From Vulcanisaeta sp. AZ3 (GTDB lineage: Archaea; Thermoproteota; Thermoprotei; Thermoproteales; Thermocladiaceae), in contig JZWU02000016.1 in NCBI GenBank assembly GCA_000960865.2, positions 1 through 32,977 on the forward strand: 32,977 nt of DNA, read 5' to 3'. This document shows positions 1 to 9,332 of the stretch, piece after piece. The number at the start of each line of letters is the position of its first letter. The first letter of the stretch is position 1. The notes under the pieces are model-generated. The model saw only the letters and a list, made by a program, of their open reading frames with translations, did no database searches and was not told where the DNA came from. Made by a program: the position numbers and the translations under genes.

Positions 1-21
1 TCGCCATAACTGCTCATTCTC

Positions 22-375
22 TCAATTAGACCTAACTGTGGAGGCTTGATTGCTCATATCCCTTAATCTCTTAAGCAATACGTTAACAGTACCCTCAGGA
101 TTCTCCTTAGCAGCCTTCCAAAGTTCCATACTCTCAGTAATTATGTATTTAAGGATCCTTGACCTAGACTTATCTGGTTTGGAATATTCAACCCTCACGT
201 AGCCATCATTAGCAAGTCTTCCAAGGACCTTAGCCGTCTTTAGTATGTTAGAATGCTTACTATCAAGACCCGCAAACTTAAGCAGTGACCTTGCCTTAAT
301 CGTAACTCTCCTCCCCCTGGACTTACTTATTAAATCCACGAGAGCTTTAATAATCCTCGAATCAACTCCCTCCAT
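22..375 (-). CDS. Hypothetical basic protein, possible winged-helix DNA-binding fold
   Basis: ORF 22..408. ATG at 375 is preferred because TATA-like TTATTAAG lies ~25 nt upstream. Lys/Arg-rich, with a helix-helix-wing pattern (KVLGRLANDGYVRV...KYII). Confidence 0.55.
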   Translation of the reverse strand: MEGVDSRIIKALVDLISKSRGRRVTIKARSLLKFAGLDSKHSNILKTAKVLGRLANDGYVRVEYSKPDKSRSRILKYIITESMELWKAAKENPEGTVNVLLKRLRDMSNQASTVRSN

Positions 376-494
376 TATAGTCTTACTTATTAAATCCCTT
401 AATAACACTTATTCACCCACACCCAATGGAGGTACCGCATACTCTACGGAATTACTCACTAGGAACATAAGTAATGAAGAATTACGAGTTCCTA

Positions 495-1469
495 CTATAC
501 ATTGGTTAGTTCTAACCTACGGGGCATTTCAGGCAATAAATTCCTAATACTATACAGCACTTCATAACCACTAACCCCAAGCTCACGCATTATATTCAAA
601 ACTGCGCTCTTAATTACGTCCTTACTCACACCATGTATCATGAAATACCCATTGTAGGGCCACTCACCAAGAGTTATTTCCCTTAGTACCACGTGCGTTG
701 TTTCCTCAATATGTGCAGCCTTCTCACATAATTCTGGGGTTGCCTTAAATACTACCATGGCATTCTCACTAAATCCTATATTCTCTGGATCCAGAGTTGC
801 GTAGAAGTCCCTAATAATACCAGACTTCATTAATTCATGAACCAAATCACCTAACCTCTCAACGCTCGTCCCTGCTAACTTAGCAACCTCATTGAATGGC
901 TCAGGCTCAACTGCTATCGACCTTAACCTCCTAAAGAATTCCATAGGCAACCCCGTGGACTCTATGGCAGGCGCCTCACTGGGTAATACACTAAGTTTTG
1001 CCCTAGATAATCCTCTAAATAGATCGAACTTAACATCAATCTTATAAGTCCTAATTGCCGTTAAAACAACATAATCATTTATACCAAACTTAGATAGCGT
1101 TGTTGATACCTTATTCAACAATTCCTCCTTACTTCTTGCCTTAGTTACGAACCAAATATTATACCTCGAATGACTCCTGAGGAAATTATGTGATACCTGG
1201 GCGTCAGAGTTAATAGCCCTGGCCACCCTATCAATTAATTCACCAGGAGTGTTAGCACCAACCAACGCTGAAATCAACCCCCTCGATCTGTAATTAACAA
1301 GAGCACCAATCCTCCTGATAACCTTACTCATCACTAATTCACGAGTCCTCCTCAGAACCCAATCCTCACTAACGCCTAGACTATCTGCAATCTCGCCAAA
1401 TGGTCTTTTGACTATTGGGAAATTGTATTGGAGTTCCATTAATAATTCCTTGGTTTTATTATCAAACAC
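495..1469 (-). CDS. ahbAB: Siroheme decarboxylase, fused AhbA-AhbB (NirD/L/G/H family; often mis-annotated as Lrp/AsnC regulator)
   Basis: Two tandem Lrp-like halves, with LQYNFPIVKRPF, VSHNFLR..YNIWF, YKIDVKFDL and THVVLR...WPYNGYFMIHG typical of the AhbA/B family. Confidence 0.8.
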   Translation of the reverse strand: MFDNKTKELLMELQYNFPIVKRPFGEIADSLGVSEDWVLRRTRELVMSKVIRRIGALVNYRSRGLISALVGANTPGELIDRVARAINSDAQVSHNFLRSHSRYNIWFVTKARSKEELLNKVSTTLSKFGINDYVVLTAIRTYKIDVKFDLFRGLSRAKLSVLPSEAPAIESTGLPMEFFRRLRSIAVEPEPFNEVAKLAGTSVERLGDLVHELMKSGIIRDFYATLDPENIGFSENAMVVFKATPELCEKAAHIEETTHVVLREITLGEWPYNGYFMIHGVSKDVIKSAVLNIMRELGVSGYEVLYSIRNLLPEMPRRLELTNV

Positions 1470-1635
1470 GGATGAAGTATTAGTTGAGTAATTAAAGGTA
1501 TTTTGCGTTTAATTACTCGATATAACTGACGCCCAATGTATTTAATGCCTTTATAAAGAGAAATAATATAAGGCCTTAATGAAGGAATAATGCCGAGGCT
1601 TAAGCAGTTGGAGTAAGATGACTCAAGGAGTTGGG

Positions 1636-2052
1636 TCATTTGGTTTTACCAGTCCTATTAACTAGCCAATATGCGACGGCAAGTGCAAGTATACCGGTTA
1701 CGAGTATTACGCCATAATACAGAGGCTCATTGGGCGTTGCTATATAGAGTAAGAGTTCTCTGGATATTGCTGTGAGCACGATGGCTAGGACTAAGTCTAC
1801 AACCACAGTATTTGTTTTTATGTATTCTATAAACATATCAACAAACTCAAGCGCAATGACCACGAGAAATACGGCAGATAATGTACCTAGAATCTTTACG
1901 TCACTCACAGAGGAGAACGGAGCCATAGCCACCAAGTCCTTAATTGCTAGGTAGAGGGCTACTCCGCCTAATGTTATTGTTATTATAATTATCATTATGT
2001 ACAATACAACACTCATTATCCTAAACACACGCAATATTGAATTAACATCCAT
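1636..2052 (-). CDS. PsiE-family 4-TM membrane protein
   Basis: 138 aa, four hydrophobic segments, motifs 'FLVVIALEF' and 'LTAISRELL'. Confidence 0.7.
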   Translation of the reverse strand: MDVNSILRVFRIMSVVLYIMIIIITITLGGVALYLAIKDLVAMAPFSSVSDVKILGTLSAVFLVVIALEFVDMFIEYIKTNTVVVDLVLAIVLTAISRELLLYIATPNEPLYYGVILVTGILALAVAYWLVNRTGKTK

Positions 2053-2189
2053 CGTTAATGAATCTACAGCTAAGGTTTAAAATATTAAATCCATGCATAT
2101 GTAATTTTTTTGAATTTATTTATAATTAATTGAATAACTACGATCATCGCATGTAATAATGTTTTTAAGGACTTACTCATTAGTTCATT

Positions 2190-2507
2190 GTGTCGTTGGA
2201 GCACCTTTACGAGATACTTAAGAAGGTTGATGGTAAGGTTGATGAGGTTTATAAATTAAGGGATCGCGAGGACGCTGAGCTAACTAAGTTAATAGGCGAG
2301 ATTAGAGTCAAGATTCAGGGTGAGGTTGAGGATTATATAAAGAAGTTAATTAATGAGTATAAGGAGAGTAGAAGCAATGAAATTGAAGAGGAGGTACGCA
2401 AGTACTCAGAGAATTTAAGCGGGGAGGTTGAGGGTTTCAGGAAGAGGTTAATGAACGCCATTGATAAAACAGTTGAGGAGGTAATTAAGACGTTAATTAG
2501 TGATTAA
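2190..2507 (+). CDS. Probable A/V-type ATP synthase peripheral-stalk subunit (G/H-like)
   Basis: 105-aa E/K-rich coiled coil directly upstream of ATPase subunit C; TTTTTAAG TATA ~25 nt upstream. Confidence 0.55.
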   Translation: MSLEHLYEILKKVDGKVDEVYKLRDREDAELTKLIGEIRVKIQGEVEDYIKKLINEYKESRSNEIEEEVRKYSENLSGEVEGFRKRLMNAIDKTVEEVIKTLISD

Positions 2508-2509
2508 TA

Positions 2510-3577
2510 ATGTCAAGCAGTTATATCGTTAGGTTAACAGCACTAGGACCCAGAGTAAGGGGGTTAAGAGCCAGGTACTTAACAAGAGAGGCGCTGAACA
2601 CACTAATACACGCCCAAACAATTGATGATGCGATGAATGCACTTAAGAGTACGGATTATGGTGCAATCATTGAGAGGCTCGGGAAAGTGGCAAGTGAAGA
2701 CCAAGTGGCCAATGAGGTCAGGACGCACATAATCAAGTTTATATCGCTCTTAGCAGCTTCAGTGCCTGAGCCTGCATCGACAGTTTTAAGGTCGTACCTA
2801 ATGAGACTTGAGTTTGAGAATGTTAAGGTCATTGCAAGGTCATTGATAAGTGGCTTTGAAGGAAAGCCTATTGAAGGATTGATAAATATAGCCGTTGAAG
2901 AAGAGCTTAGTAGAAGACATATATTGGCCATGATAATGGGAGTTAGGGATATTGAGGACTTACGCAATAGGTTATTAGAAATAAGGCATCCAGCAGGTCC
3001 TGCACTTGACTCTTTCCTTAGAATCAATAAGCAGTTTCCTCAGTACTCTATAATGCTTATTGATACTTTGATTGATAAGGCGTTCATAGAATTCTTATCC
3101 CGGTTAATTAGGATTGATAATTCAGTTAGTAAATTCGTACAAAGCCTTGTCGATTATTACAACGTAAATATATTACTAAGGAGTAAATTATGGTCACTGC
3201 CTCAGGAGATGGTCAATGAATTAATAATACGTGAAGGTCCAGTGGCTTCAATAGCATTGAAGGTTTATGGTGAGGCGGCTGCGAGGATTCTTGAGGATGT
3301 AGTGACTGTATTTCCATTAATTGATGAATTAATTAAAGTTGCAGGATCATCAGACCTAAGGTCTTTAGTTCAGTATCTCGGTCCATTTGATTATGTATTC
3401 TCTAAGTATCTAGAGGAGCGCATGATTTCGTTATTCACAGAATTCTCGCCTGGTGCAGCTTTAGCTGCTGTGCATTTTAAGTTTGTTGAAGGTGAGTTAG
3501 TTATTGCATTATTGAATGCCTTTTTGGAAGGTCTATCTAGGGATTTCGTAATTAAGCTCTATAGCCCAGTTATTTAA
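2510..3577 (+). CDS. atpC: A/V-type ATP synthase subunit C (AC39/d family)
   Basis: 355 aa with 'PRVRGLRARYL', 'LKSTDYG', 'EFENVKVIARS' and 'DYYNVNILLRSK', matching the subunit C repeat pattern. Confidence 0.8.
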   Translation: MSSSYIVRLTALGPRVRGLRARYLTREALNTLIHAQTIDDAMNALKSTDYGAIIERLGKVASEDQVANEVRTHIIKFISLLAASVPEPASTVLRSYLMRLEFENVKVIARSLISGFEGKPIEGLINIAVEEELSRRHILAMIMGVRDIEDLRNRLLEIRHPAGPALDSFLRINKQFPQYSIMLIDTLIDKAFIEFLSRLIRIDNSVSKFVQSLVDYYNVNILLRSKLWSLPQEMVNELIIREGPVASIALKVYGEAAARILEDVVTVFPLIDELIKVAGSSDLRSLVQYLGPFDYVFSKYLEERMISLFTEFSPGAALAAVHFKFVEGELVIALLNAFLEGLSRDFVIKLYSPVI

Positions 3578-3707
3578 TCTCCTTAATCTCCTCAATTTTC
3601 TTACTTAGCTCCTCCCTAGCCTTATTGATTCTTTCATTTATCTGCTCAAGATACTTGTTCACAATCCTCTTTGATTCCTCCTGAATGAGTTCATTTATGT
3701 TAGGCAT
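3570..3707 (-). CDS. Small coiled-coil protein, 45 aa (not in ORF track)
   Basis: Hand translation: MPNINELIQEESKRIVNKYLEQINERINKAREELSKKIEEIKEIK*. TATATAAG at ~3730-3737 is in leaderless-promoter position; codon usage is host-like. Confidence 0.7.
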   Translation of the reverse strand: MPNINELIQEESKRIVNKYLEQINERINKAREELSKKIEEIKEIK

Positions 3708-3739
3708 CACTACTAGCTTACCCATGCGCCTTATATACT

Positions 3740-4462
3740 TTATTGCATAAATGACTTATACCTAGCAATGCTCGTAAGAAGCATTACTATTGCGATGATC
3801 ATTAACATTAGTGATGATGTGAGTAATGGTACATCTACGTGTTGTTCATTAATATGAGCTGTTGCAATTATGTAGGCATTACTTTGCCTTATGCATGTTC
3901 CATTAATCCTCACGAGCGTTATTGTATTTATGCATGGGCATGATAAAATTATGGCAGGCTTTATGAAAATACTAAGATTATCTGTGGCTGGTATTGTTGA
4001 CACTAGGGAGTAGGTGTACGGCGTGTAGGCGATAGTTCTATTGTTAGTGATTGCCATTATTGAGACATAACCACTACCAAGTATTGTTACATTCATTGTT
4101 ACAATGCATTCACCAGGTAATGACACATTAACCCACTTAGGTATTGGATTAAGTACGTTAAACATAACCTGACTCTCATTATTAATATTCACCACGTGCA
4201 TCACAGGTGTATAAGTAATCATGTGGGCGATTATGGACCCATTACCCAGCGGTATAGGCTTACCCCCATCTATTGAAACTAATGCCTCACCATAGACCCT
4301 ATTCACAATAACAGCATAGCCTGGCAACACACAAGTCCTACTTCCTCTTAACTCACCATCAATACATATATACTCAATATTACGGCTTCCCGTAGACATT
4401 AAAAGAAAGACAATACTAATAATTAATATAACCGCTGCCATCAATAACATTAATCTCTCCAT
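3740..4462 (-). CDS. Hypothetical membrane protein with N- and C-terminal TM helices and a beta-rich external domain
   Basis: 240 aa, hydrophobic ends, several N-x-S/T sequons and Cys residues. Confidence 0.65.
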   Translation of the reverse strand: MERLMLLMAAVILIISIVFLLMSTGSRNIEYICIDGELRGSRTCVLPGYAVIVNRVYGEALVSIDGGKPIPLGNGSIIAHMITYTPVMHVVNINNESQVMFNVLNPIPKWVNVSLPGECIVTMNVTILGSGYVSIMAITNNRTIAYTPYTYSLVSTIPATDNLSIFIKPAIILSCPCINTITLVRINGTCIRQSNAYIIATAHINEQHVDVPLLTSSLMLMIIAIVMLLTSIARYKSFMQ

Positions 4463-4579
4463 CGAGCGAGAAACAATGAGACTACCTTTAAATCAATTCC
4501 TCACCACTAATACCCATGTTTAAGGAGGTAAAGAATGAACTACCAGAAGCTTTGTAATCCCAACCGCCTAAGGATATAC

Positions 4580-5422
4580 TTACTTAAAGTGCCTACTTAT
4601 TGCCTCCCAATCCTCCTTACTCAATCTCCAACCCATGGCACCCGCATTCTCCTCCACATGATCAATACGCCCGGCCTTGGGTATTGGAACTAGATTATCA
4701 ATACCAACATACCAGTTAAGCACAACCTGTACAGCCGTCTTACCATACTTTCTACCAATGCTCTGCAGAAACTCATCATTCTTAAAGGCACCCTTCTCAA
4801 TTGGTGTATAGGCCAGGAAGAGCATACCATTCCTCTGCACATAGGGTATTACAGAAGTCTCATCAGCCCTACGAAGCAAACTATACCTATTCTCCACAGC
4901 AGCAACATCATACTTACTAAGGCACGACCTAGCCTCCTCAATACCCTTAACATCAAAATTACTCAAACCGAAAAACCTAACCACACCATCATCCACAAGT
5001 CTCTCCATAGCCCTCATAGTCTCACAAATAGGAACCTCAGGGGCAGGCCAATGCAGTAGGTATAGGTCAATGTACGTGCCCAACCTACCCATGCTTGCCT
5101 TGACTGATTTAATAACATCATCATATCTAGCATGGTTAGGCCAAACCTTAGTAATAATGAACAATTCATCACGTGGAAAACCCCTTATAGCCTCACCAAT
5201 AAGTTCCTCAGCATGACCATTACCATACATCTCAGCCGTGTCGATCAATGTCATACCAAGTTCAATACCCCTCCTCAAAGTTCTAACCCAATCACTATCC
5301 ATACTATCATCCCTACTCCAAAATCCACCACCAATGCCCCACGTACCCATCCCAATGACAGATACACTCCTACCTATTGACTTTATGTACTTAGTATCCC
5401 TAGCTAACGGCATACCCATCAC
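4580..5422 (-). CDS. Aldo/keto reductase
   Basis: GMGTW, IDTAEMYG, ELFIITKVW, IDLYLLHWP, GLSNF, PIPKA motifs. Confidence 0.95.
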   Translation of the reverse strand: MMGMPLARDTKYIKSIGRSVSVIGMGTWGIGGGFWSRDDSMDSDWVRTLRRGIELGMTLIDTAEMYGNGHAEELIGEAIRGFPRDELFIITKVWPNHARYDDVIKSVKASMGRLGTYIDLYLLHWPAPEVPICETMRAMERLVDDGVVRFFGLSNFDVKGIEEARSCLSKYDVAAVENRYSLLRRADETSVIPYVQRNGMLFLAYTPIEKGAFKNDEFLQSIGRKYGKTAVQVVLNWYVGIDNLVPIPKAGRIDHVEENAGAMGWRLSKEDWEAISRHFK

Positions 5423-5591
5423 AATTTCACCATCTAATACCCTATTTATAAGGCATTGTTATTCGATATTCAATGAAGAATTTAAAGTCTAGAAACCCTG
5501 CCGTGTAATTAAATGCACATGTACATAGAAATTGAATTATTTTTTTAAGATGAATTTATCGTGTTAATTGCATTGTAGAAAACCCTAAGCC

Positions 5592-5929
5592 TTACACACA
5601 ACCTGTTGGTTTTGGTGCCCCCGCCACCTTACACGCCCCAAGAGCTGGCCCACTCGGGAATAACTCATATATCCCCTCAAGCGTCTCTTTAGTCTCCTTT
5701 AGGAGCATCCTTACTGGTGGGCATGATCCATAAGTCTCCCAGTAATCTCTCAAGTACTTCACGACCTTCCAATGCCTCTCTGTCATTTGTTGAACTCCCT
5801 CGAGATTCTTAGCCATCCACTCAGCAATACTCTCATCCCAAACCTCGGTGTTCTGAAGGAAGCAATCCTCATCCAAAATGATCTTTTTCCATTAACCTCA
5901 TACTCACCTGGGCAAGTTATCGTAGGCAT
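5592..5929 (-). CDS. dsrC: DsrC sulfur-carrier protein (apparent 1-nt frameshift at 5884-5888)
   Basis: C-terminus FPSGPALGACKVAGAPKPTGCV has both conserved Cys. The N-terminus MPTITCPGEYEVNGK starts at ATG 5929 (GGTGA SD) in another frame; one extra A joins them as GKKIILDEDCF. Confidence 0.9.
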
Positions 5930-5973
5930 TCTATCACCGATTATGCATCGTCATTGTTTACTAAAAAGAGTTA

Positions 5974-5992
5974 TTACACATTGTACGTAGAA
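5974..5992 (-). promoter_or_regulatory. Palindromic operator upstream of dsrC
   Basis: Minus strand reads TTCTACGT-ACA-ATGTGTAA, then TAA CTC TTTTTAGT (BRE/TATA). Same motif at three other promoters. Confidence 0.75.
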
Positions 5993-6175
5993 ATTAATGC
6001 GGTATATGCTTCCTTAATAATAACAGATGTGTTACTCTTACGTAATGCGTTTACTTATTACTCTCTCAGTATTCTAGACCTAAGGATTACGTAGAGAGAA
6101 TTACTAAGTCCTTCCCATGACTTAGTCTATTATTAATTCTAGGGTAATTCAAGACTACTTAGCAGTATTGTCAGT

Positions 6176-6628
6176 TTAAACGATCCTCACGGCATCCACT
6201 GGACCGAACCTCTCCATAAGCCATTTAACGTAACCCTCTACATACCTACTCATAACAATCTGCGCAATCTTAGCCCAGTCATACATGGCCCAATGCGGTT
6301 CAAAATTTAACTTCAAAGCCAAGGCCCCCTCTACCCGATCCTCTAAACACCTCAAGGGATAAAGAGAAAACACTACTCTCGACCTCATGCCATTCCACGG
6401 CACATCCCTCAACTCCACCGCAGCGGACGTCTCATCCTCCACGGTTTCGCAATTTGCCCTTAAGCTAATCCTAGTCCTAAGATCTATAAATCCCAAACGG
6501 TAAATCTCTCCATCAAAACGAGAAATAACATAAAAATCAACATCCTCTAGGTAAAAAGTCTGAAGACCCTTCTCCTGTAAAATTAAGAAACCTTGAAGTT
6601 CAGCAGATTTTATTTTAAGAGGTTTCAC
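6176..6628 (-). CDS. Hypothetical protein between dsrB and dsrC (positional equivalent of Pyrobaculum 'dsrG')
   Basis: 150 aa, GTG start with strong SD (GGAGGGGG), 15 nt after the dsrB stop. The dsrG label is from recalled gene order only. Confidence 0.7.
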   Translation of the reverse strand: MKPLKIKSAELQGFLILQEKGLQTFYLEDVDFYVISRFDGEIYRLGFIDLRTRISLRANCETVEDETSAAVELRDVPWNGMRSRVVFSLYPLRCLEDRVEGALALKLNFEPHWAMYDWAKIAQIVMSRYVEGYVKWLMERFGPVDAVRIV

Positions 6629-6643
6629 GAAATTCCCCCTCCT

Positions 6644-7792
6644 TTAAATCCCCTCCCTAAACCTACGCCACGCCTCATACCTCTGTCTAAAGTACATAAA
6701 CGTCCTAACATTATCAGGTATTCTCTGATAAACGGCATGGACCTTCTCAAGACCCACCAAACCCACAAACCTCTGCCAACCAATCCTATCTATAAACTCT
6801 GCAATCCTCTCTCCCGGCTGGGCATGCTCCCTCCACGCATCAATCACACGCCTCACCACAACCACAATCTCCTCATACCTAGGCGGAATTGCCGGAAGCC
6901 AAGGTATAAGCACCCTACCTAGCCTCGGTCCTCTTCCCGTATTAGATATCTTACCGCCAACCAGTATGGCCACTCCCACATTCTCAGGATCATAATCAAA
7001 TGCATCACAGTTCTCCTTACAACGTGCACAATTAATACACTTCTCTGGTATCAATGTTAACTTGACCTTGTCTCCCTCCCTTCTCATTGAGAGAGCTCCT
7101 GTCGGGCAGACCTGCACTAAAAATACTTGCGACTCTGGGATCTTCTCAAGAGCCTTAGGCGGTGGAAGGCAATAACTCAAAGCCTCCTCTCTAATCTTTG
7201 GTGGGGCGCCCCATTGACCCACAATAGCTATGTCCATAGCAGTGCCCCCAGCGCACATGGCTGGGCATCCAGACACGAAGATCCTAAGCTTCGCCGGTAG
7301 TTTCTCCTCTCCGGTGAAGTAGGGCTTAAGGGCGTCTCCTAACGCTTTAGTGACTGATGGAGAGTCCACGACACTAGTGGTACAGGTTAAGTAAGCAGTG
7401 CAACTGTTAATACCCCACATGGCAGGTCCCCAGCCGCCCACTGGGAAGCCCATGTTCTCTGTCTCCTCCTTTATCTTAAGTGCCTTGTCCAAGGAGTCTG
7501 TTAAGAACTCTAGGTTACCAGCCATAGTCACTCGCAATGCCCCTACACCTAACTTATCCGCAATATCTGCAAACTTCTCTAGCGTGTCTGCACTGAGACG
7601 GGCGTTAGGCGGCATAGCCGCCTTAACCGTAAATACTCTCTCACCCGTCTCACTTATGTGCTCTATGATGCCGTTGCCGTGGAACTTCCTATCCACCCAC
7701 TTGCCATAATTCCTCCTTATTATATCTGGCAAAAACTTATCCAGATCGACAGGGAAGACCTTTCGTAATCTTGCAGCCTTGGGATCTGCCAT
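6644..7792 (-). CDS. dsrB: Dissimilatory sulfite reductase beta subunit
   Basis: RRNYGKW, GFPVGG, siroheme-[4Fe-4S] motif CTAYLTC...SGCPAMC, ferredoxin VCPTGA...CINCARC, GERIAEFIDRIGW. Confidence 0.95.
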   Translation of the reverse strand: MADPKAARLRKVFPVDLDKFLPDIIRRNYGKWVDRKFHGNGIIEHISETGERVFTVKAAMPPNARLSADTLEKFADIADKLGVGALRVTMAGNLEFLTDSLDKALKIKEETENMGFPVGGWGPAMWGINSCTAYLTCTTSVVDSPSVTKALGDALKPYFTGEEKLPAKLRIFVSGCPAMCAGGTAMDIAIVGQWGAPPKIREEALSYCLPPPKALEKIPESQVFLVQVCPTGALSMRREGDKVKLTLIPEKCINCARCKENCDAFDYDPENVGVAILVGGKISNTGRGPRLGRVLIPWLPAIPPRYEEIVVVVRRVIDAWREHAQPGERIAEFIDRIGWQRFVGLVGLEKVHAVYQRIPDNVRTFMYFRQRYEAWRRFREGI

Positions 7793-9015
7793 TATGCCTC
7801 ACCCTTAAGCTCCTTTACAAAATTTAGATACTCCTCCCTCTCCTCCTTACTTAACACGGCGTAGGGTACCTCGTCGCCTATCCTTGCCATCTCTGGCATT
7901 CCCTCAAGCTTTATGTCGGCCTTCTTTAGGAAATTCTCAATACCCGTAATCATAATGTAATCACCCAATCTGCACTTCGGCATAGCCTCGTTGTTCCACG
8001 GCTCGATGGCCTTAAACACGAGATCTATTGCCTTCGGTATATCATTCGGTCCTAGATAACCTATAAAATTACCAAGCTTTGGCCCAAAACGCCCTTTTAC
8101 CCCACCACCCATCACCACAGCAACTTTTATCCTCTTGCCCGGCTTTATTGCGGGGAAGGCTCTCTTAATGCACTCCATTGACTTTTTACATTTATCTCCA
8201 TCTATCCTCAGTTCTTTTCCATCCCAGCTAATTGCCCCACTAGGACACCTAGCAGCTAACTCCTTAGGATCAACCTCACCAGCCTCAATCTTCTTCTTCA
8301 AAAGCTCTTGATCAACCTCTGGAGCACCCTCCCAAACACCTATGAACCCCACATCCGCCCTATTAGCCCTTGCACAATCCATGGGGCAACCGGAGAATTT
8401 AATCTTAAACTTATACGGGAAGCCAGGAGTAGCTATAGCATCATTAACCCTCTTATCCTTATGAAACTCTGCATACCACTTTAACGTATCAAACAATGCA
8501 TATTCACAGAGGGCAGGCCCTACGCAAGCATTAAGCGCCCTTATTGCGTCACCGCTACCGCCCACATCTGTTCCAATAGCGCGTAGTGCATCTACCATTT
8601 CCTCTGCCTTATCCTTGGTTAAGTTAATAACAAAAGCACCTGTCTGACCAACTATCTCAATAAGCCCTACACCGAGCTCTTTAGATATCTTAGTAATTTG
8701 TCTAATAAAGTCTGTCTTCCAGAACTTACCTGGCGTATGGAACACACGGAAATGAGTCTCCTCACCACCATTAGGCACCCAATCCCTAGCCCACCTAGAT
8801 AAAACGCCCGTGTTCACATACTTAACAGTCACGGTGCCAGGACCCCACGGAGACTTCCTCGCCACAAGCCCCACACCATATACATGAAGAGGATAACGAG
8901 TTTTCCTAAGCTCCCTCACGTGGCTAGGCCAAGGCCCCTTCTCTAACTCCTTAAGCATATCCTCAGCCTTCTTCAATAATTCATCAGGCGGCGGTAAACC
9001 TGGAGGTGCTGACAT
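7792..9015 (-). CDS. dsrA: Dissimilatory sulfite reductase alpha subunit
   Basis: LKELEKGPWPSHV, DVGGSG, CVGPALCEYA, FPYKFKIKFSGCPMDC; stop overlaps the dsrB start. Confidence 0.95.
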   Translation of the reverse strand: MSAPPGLPPPDELLKKAEDMLKELEKGPWPSHVRELRKTRYPLHVYGVGLVARKSPWGPGTVTVKYVNTGVLSRWARDWVPNGGEETHFRVFHTPGKFWKTDFIRQITKISKELGVGLIEIVGQTGAFVINLTKDKAEEMVDALRAIGTDVGGSGDAIRALNACVGPALCEYALFDTLKWYAEFHKDKRVNDAIATPGFPYKFKIKFSGCPMDCARANRADVGFIGVWEGAPEVDQELLKKKIEAGEVDPKELAARCPSGAISWDGKELRIDGDKCKKSMECIKRAFPAIKPGKRIKVAVVMGGGVKGRFGPKLGNFIGYLGPNDIPKAIDLVFKAIEPWNNEAMPKCRLGDYIMITGIENFLKKADIKLEGMPEMARIGDEVPYAVLSKEEREEYLNFVKELKGEA

Positions 9016-9332
9016 ACGAAGCTCCTAATGCCTCATTTAATAAGTACTTTATTACCCAAGGTATTGATAATAAGAAATCTTAATAAATGATGGAGGAATC
9101 CTCAAAGCTATTTAGAGGCCGTTACGTTAAGCAGCAGTATAGACTCAAGGCCGCAGAATCCACATGTATTAAGGCGCGTCTACCTTACGCACCTTATTTT
9201 TAGGTTTAACGTTTCATAACGCTTCGTGCTAACGAGAGACAGAGGTTATTGCTGGATGCGGAATAATTAGATTCGATTACCCTTATTCATAACATTCACA
9301 TTATTTGAGTTCTACTCAATATCCTTTTAACA

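Noticed and set aside
495-1469. Lrp/AsnC transcription regulator as binder of the dsr motif
   Set aside because: Its motifs match the AhbA/B siroheme decarboxylase family, an enzyme with an Lrp-like fold.
1439-1639. 66-aa minus-strand ORF coupled to psiE
   Set aside because: No recognisable protein features, atypical codons, and it overlaps the ahbAB start; probably spurious.
6103-6126. Hairpin ACTAAGTC-N8-GACTTAGT downstream of ORF150
   Set aside because: Single 8-bp stem with no T-tract or second copy; cannot be called a terminator or MITE end.
9100-9300. Possible gene remnant upstream of dsrA (a CGFCG-coding stretch on the minus strand)
   Set aside because: Short, bounded by stops, no start codon and no recognisable family.
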